Virus record (IMG/VR): IMGVR_UViG_3300045988_094266
Origin: a virus
Direction: 5' to 3' (one strand)
DNA length: 59,849 nt
In this document: positions 55,531 to 59,849 of the stretch, in pieces
Numbering within the stretch: the first letter of the stretch is position 1
Layout of the letters: every line of letters starts with the position of its first letter
The notes under the pieces: generated by a model
What the model saw: the letters and a program-made list of their open reading frames with translations, nothing else
The model's database searches: none
Told to the model about the DNA's origin: nothing
Made by a program: the position numbers and the translations under genes

Positions 55531-55706
55531 TACTTTATTTCAACTCCTTTAAATAATGAACGAAAATAATTGTCCATATCTTGAATTATATAAAAACAAG
55601 TTCCTTTAGAAATATGTGCCCTCCAACCTTGATAGGATTTCTAAATTTCATCTGTTGAAATTTTACCCTCTAGCCATAGCGCTTGCATTTTCTTCAACTT
55701 TCTGCG

Positions 55707-56747
55707 CTAATGAGCCACTTTCTTTTTAAAAGGAATTTGTATTATATGATTAGTGTCTGTGAGATAAAAGTTCCACTTTAAGTATTTTAATGGGGCGTGA
55801 CGTTTGCCGTCCGCGTGAATAGGAGAGATTCTAGTAATAGTAGTCTTTTTCTTATTCATTTTTAATCCTTGCTTATTTAAGCGAACTTCTATTCTCTTTT
55901 CACATTCGGCTAAGTATTGACTGTCATTGTGGAATAAATATAAATCATCCATATAACGACCATAATACTTTATATGTAACTCTTCTTTGATGAAGTGGTC
56001 AATTCCGTTCAATGCTAGCAATGCGAATAATTGTGATGTTTGACTTCCTAATCCAAGACTTTTATTATCATATTCATAGTATTTGCGGCCAGGCTTGAAA
56101 TTAGTGGTACTAATTCTCGTGTATTTGTGCCGTTTACTAATATAATAATCTTTTCCTGGTATGGGAGAGGAATCTTTTGTTAGCTTAAAAGAAAATGTAT
56201 CTATTAAATAACAGCATAGTTGATAAATTCTTTTATCTTTTATCAAACGTTTAGCCGCTTTCTTTAAAGATTTATGGTCAATAGAATCAAAATATTTTTG
56301 AATATCAATTCTTAACCCATAAAAATCTTTTCCTAATCCATATTCTCTATGAGCTTGTTGAAGATGTTTCTTTACTCTTTTTAAAGCAAAGTCTATTCCT
56401 TTTCCTCTTAAAGTAGCACAATTATCGTAGATAAATCTAGGAGTTAATTCTGGTAATAAAACTTGTTCACATAACGCATTTTGTACCAGTCTGTCGTTGA
56501 TATGACACGCTCTTATATCTCTTGGTTTGCCTCGTTCGATTATCGAAAAACAACTAAACACAAGCTATTCGTATTCACACGCTCGCAGATCAGCTTCTGT
56601 TTTTAAAATTGTTTCTATCCTATTCTCTTCAAAATTAATTGTACTATCTTTCCATCGAACGTTTCGGCATACCTTATAAGACGCATCATACATAGTGTCA
56701 AAACTACAAAAACGCTCGAAAGTAGTATCTTGATTTATTTCAGACAT
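55707..56747 (-). CDS. Diversity-generating retroelement (DGR) reverse transcriptase
   Basis: Motifs DRLVQNAL, LGSQTSQ (the DGR-type motif 4, [ILV]GxxxSQ) and the YMDD catalytic box. One in-frame TAG at 56565-67 joins track ORFs 56565..56747 and 55707..56561. The ORF ends at a TAG, so it may read on to the TAA at 55530. Confidence 0.7.
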
Positions 56748-57056
56748 ACTTTCTCCTTATCATGTAGCTATAGTGGTAGCTACTCGAGCTCCACGTCTAC
56801 AGTCTTACTTTATCCACTTTTTCAGTGAAATGGTTAAGTTCTCCTTAGATGAAAAGGCAGATCTACCTATAGTATATTATTCGATAGTTGTAGAGCAAAG
56901 CTCTTTAATGGTCTCTCAATCTCTTCCCCACATAGTGAGTGCAATCCAGAGTAAACCTTAATTAGATGGATAATAATATACTCCGGGGTACTATTTAGGC
57001 GTTGCTCGTTTGCGCTGCTCCGCAGCTTAACTCGCAACATGATAGCTCCATCTAAT

Positions 57057-57156
57057 CCGGCGCGAGCCCGTTGCTGTTGTTGTAGTTGTTGTTGTTCGCA
57101 GATCCATCGTTGTTGACATTGCAAACGTTGTTCGAGTTGTTGTAGTTACGGGACCG
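57057..57156 (-). repeat. DGR template repeat (TR)
   Basis: 100-bp copy of the variable repeat. All 20 mismatches sit at TR adenines on the coding (minus) strand. The frame is AAC-rich (NYNNSNNVCNVNNDGSANNNNYNNSNG). Confidence 0.8.
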
Positions 57157-57186
57157 AAAGATACAGAACTTAACCGCAGAAAAATA

Positions 57187-57681
57187 TTATCGACCTCTCC
57201 TATGGGTTTTAGGAGCCGAATATCTATGCTCGACTATAAGTTTATCTCTATTTTTTCTATCTTGGATTGATTCTTTTACTTTCTTAGTCAATCTAGCTAG
57301 ATGTTCAAAAGATCTTCTTTTCTTTTTGCTGTTCTGAGCATACTAATAAATACATAGGTCGATTTGTCGAAATATACTATCACAATATTCAATCGCTCTA
57401 TTGTGATATTCATTTCTTTTTGTAAGGGTTTCTTTATCTTTTAAGTTTATCCTACACGCCTCATAACAGCAAGCGTGTATACCCTTTCCGCATTTAATTA
57501 TATCGTACCCGAACGCTTGAAGAGGTTGACCCTCTCCAAGCAGTCCAGGTTTGCAGATTTGTTTTCCATCCTTATCAAATTCTCTAGGACGAGTTAAGAC
57601 TAAAATGTAGCCAACCAATTCACGGGCTTTATAAAGACAGTCTTGTTTTGATAGGTGTCTATCCTTTACTTTTACAGACAT
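57187..57681 (-). CDS. Avd-like DGR accessory protein candidate (call rests on position only)
   Basis: It lies between the variable and template repeats, as avd does in Bordetella-type DGRs. The track ORF ends at a TAG and continues to a TAA at 57187. There is no recognisable Avd motif. Confidence 0.3.
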
Positions 57682-57763
57682 TTAAAATTTCCCTCACTTG
57701 AATATATAATTTTTTTATTGGACAATTTAACCTTAACTGTCCCGAATTGTTATTTTGCTGTAT

Positions 57764-59514
57764 TATCCAATGACGAAAGCCGGCGCGAGCCCGCCGCTGC
57801 TGTAGTAGTTGACGTAGGTCGCAGACCCATCGCCGTTGACACCGCAAACGCCGCCCGAGTGGTCGTAGTAACGGGACCGTTCCCAATACCACATCGTTGA
57901 ATTCGTCAACGAACCATTGGCGTTCATCTGGTATTTAACTCTAGTAGAGTTGCTTGTATAGTAACTATAGGCCGTCTAACTTCCTCCAACAGTCCACTCC
58001 TAATAAGAACTAGCATAGCCGCTAGAGCTAGTAAATCCCATCTCACATTCAGAAGGTAGCCAACATTTTGCAGTTGTTTGAACATCCGCAGTATTATTCT
58101 AATTACCATTACTAGCAGAACTTGTCTTCTTAGTAACAGATTTAATAGAAGCGGTTGCGCTACATCTATTACCAAAATCATTGCACAAGGATTGAGCGGT
58201 TGAACCATTCCATAACGCGTTACTACCAAATGATGTACTGTTAGGTAAAGTTCCCGCAGTCTGGAAAGTTAATGTTCCAGTTCCATCCTAATCAGCACCA
58301 ATACAAATCATTGTAGCAGCGTTGGCACCAAGTACCGCACTAGAAAGACTTACAAGTTTCTTTTTACCTACACATTTCTTTCTTTCACTGGAAGAAGCCT
58401 TAGCTGCCCAGGTCTTTAATCCAGCCCACCACTTAGCATCACCAGTAGCAGTTTCAGAACCCCACTCCCAATAGCTTGCTGTTACTGTAACAGTCTTGTT
58501 ACCTGGAGCAGTATGGTTAGTTCCGGCCGCAACTTTAATAGTAATCGTGGTAGAAGAAATAGCTGTACTGCCATCACCTTTAATAGTAAGAATATTACCA
58601 CTTAAAGAGAGGGTAAGACCAGTAACACTAGTTGGAGTATAGCTAATAGCTCCATCTCCCGCGCGAGTAATAGTAACTTTAACGCCAGCACTATAATTAT
58701 CTCCATCAAGAGCAACAGAAGTTGGATTTACGGTTAAACTACCCGCGGCTTTATTAATAACCCAGTTTACATCAAGATTATCGGTTGTCTTATCAGCCCA
58801 TCTATAGTTGCTCTTTAGAGTAAATGTAGCTGTATAAGTTCCTGCGTTAGTAGCGGAAGTAGTTCCACCAATCGTCATATAAGTGGTATTGAAATTATTC
58901 CAATAAGAAGTTCCACTTACTGATTGACTATTACCTGTATAGGTAAGATTACTTTTCCAGGTTGGTTTAGCGACAGATTTACGCTCAACAGTTACCGTAA
59001 ATTTCGCAGATTGAGTTACTTCATTCTCTGTATAAGAAACAGTAATTTGCTAGCTGCCAACTGTAGTTAAGGATGTTGGTGAGCACGTATAACCTGTGAC
59101 AGCCGCGCTTTTACTATCAGAGTAACTCGCTGTAACTACCATTCCTGTTGTTTGAAGGGTGTCGCCATATTCATAGGTCATCTTAGTTGGGTTAGTAGTA
59201 ACCTAAATACTAAGAAGTTTATGAATAACAGTTACCTTCTATGCAGTTTGACAAGTTTCACCGAGTTCTGAATAAGTAATAGTTACTTCAGTAACTCCGT
59301 CTGTTAAAGGACTTGGAGTAACTTGATATCCAGTTACTTCTGCTGTTGTTACAATAACACCATCCATGCCGTAAGATGCGGTAACTACCATTCCAGCAGG
59401 ATTAAATGTGTCACCAGCAAGATAGCTCGTTTTATTAGGGGGAGTGGTTACTTCAATTTTTACAAGAGAGCCTCCACCTTTTCCACCCTACTCAGCTAAA
59501 ATACATTTAGGCAA
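57764..59514 (-). CDS. DGR target protein: tandem bacterial Ig-like domains with a C-terminal VR (about 6 in-frame TAGs)
   Basis: AAGGAGG-TTG start at 59514. Ig-like repeats (MVVTASY...VTGYT..P). The VR is in frame and the ORF ends GLAPAFVIG then TAA. Confidence 0.55.
57780..57879 (-). repeat. DGR variable repeat (VR) at the 3' end of the target gene
   Basis: Encodes ...RYYDHSGGVCGVNGDGSATYVNYYSSGGLAP. The GC-rich IMH-like end GGGCTCGCGCCGG is identical to the TR. Confidence 0.8.
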
Positions 59515-59687
59515 ATTGTTTACCTCCTTCTATCTAGCTATTGCTATAAACAAATCTAAATTACTAGATAGAAGGTCGAGGATGGAAGCGATCTTCGCTC
59601 CAGTCTTTTAGAAAGTCATTAACAATTTCCGAGAAAAAGTACACTTTTTAACAGGAAAAATACTTCTTCTGTCTAGATAACAAAAAA

Positions 59688-59725
59688 TTGGGAAAAGGGT
59701 AAGAAACCCTTTTCCCAAAAGTGAG
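59688..59725 (-). terminator. Terminator hairpin GGGAAAAGGGT/ACCCTTTTCCC
   Basis: Followed by AATTTTTTGTT on the minus strand. Confidence 0.5.
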
Positions 59726-59840
59726 TATCTTACTCTTTTCAAATATATATGAAAGAAAGAGTAGATAAATTATATATAGTTGACCAAGTTCAGTAAAGTG
59801 TACTTTTTTAAAGGTTTTAGATGAAAGGAGAAAATATCTA

Positions 59841-59849
59841 TGGAATGTA
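59841..59849 (+). CDS. Start of a plus-strand gene, cut off by the window edge
   Basis: AAAGGAG RBS 8 nt upstream of an ATG. Confidence 0.25.

Larger units (their letters stand above)
55530..59514 (-). mobile_element. Complete DGR cassette: target(VR) - avd-like - TR - RT
   Basis: This gene order plus adenine-specific TR/VR divergence. Confidence 0.75.

Noticed and set aside
56867-57124. Track ORFs 56867..57124(-), 57659..57892(-), 56773..56961(+) and 57655..57900(+), with Q/R-rich translations that resemble each other
   Set aside because: They are out-of-frame readings of the DGR template and variable repeats. The AAC-codon frame is the real one, which explains the resemblance between them.
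1-59849. Visual search for a tRNA or suppressor tRNA gene (T-loop GTTCRANYC motif, 70-90 nt GC-rich islands)
   Set aside because: No convincing cloverleaf candidate was found by eye. Candidates near 1261-1330 and 9780-9960 lack the T-arm and acceptor pairing. A suppressor tRNA is expected elsewhere in the genome, and tRNAscan or ARAGORN is needed to settle it.

Overview
The window reads as a tailed dsDNA phage (or prophage) with low GC and Firmicutes-like signals: strong AGGAGG-type ribosome-binding sites, TTGACA-N17-TATAAT promoters and two AbrB/SpoVT-family regulators. Three blocks are visible. (1) Positions 1-12700 are mostly minus-strand early genes in standard code. Each gene is its own transcription unit, bounded by a repeated intergenic cassette of tandem terminators, a TTGCACAA/TTGTGCAA inverted-repeat operator and a sigma70-like promoter. 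Products include a DEDDh exonuclease, a HAD-type nucleotidase, AbrB/SpoVT regulators, a GIY-YIG nuclease-like ORF, and a Rep-like gene next to iteron-like palindromes, a ~190-nt polypurine tract and a cluster of CCGATCGG palindromes. (2) Positions 12700-15930 are a minus-strand auxiliary block: lipoprotein, PTH2 peptidyl-tRNA hydrolase, PARG-like macrodomain protein and FolD, with in-frame TAG codons appearing towards its upstream end. (3) Positions 16054-54389 are a plus-strand structural and packaging module: large terminase, portal, scaffold, SPP1-like major capsid protein, major tail protein, chaperone, a ~2900-codon tape measure gene, and baseplate and fiber proteins. Its reading frames are interrupted only by TAG, never TAA or TGA, which is the signature of amber stop-codon reassignment (most likely TAG read as an amino acid such as Gln). 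Highly expressed structural genes lack TAG. Positions 54530-59514 hold a complete minus-strand diversity-generating retroelement (DGR): reverse transcriptase, a 100-bp template repeat, an Avd-like ORF and a target gene made of Ig-like repeats ending in a variable repeat, with 20 of 20 substitutions at template adenines. In-frame TAGs also occur in the RT, the DGR target, FolD and, notably, near the N-termini of two early regulatory genes (the Rep-like and a small AbrB-like gene). No tRNA, suppressor or CRISPR array could be found by eye.
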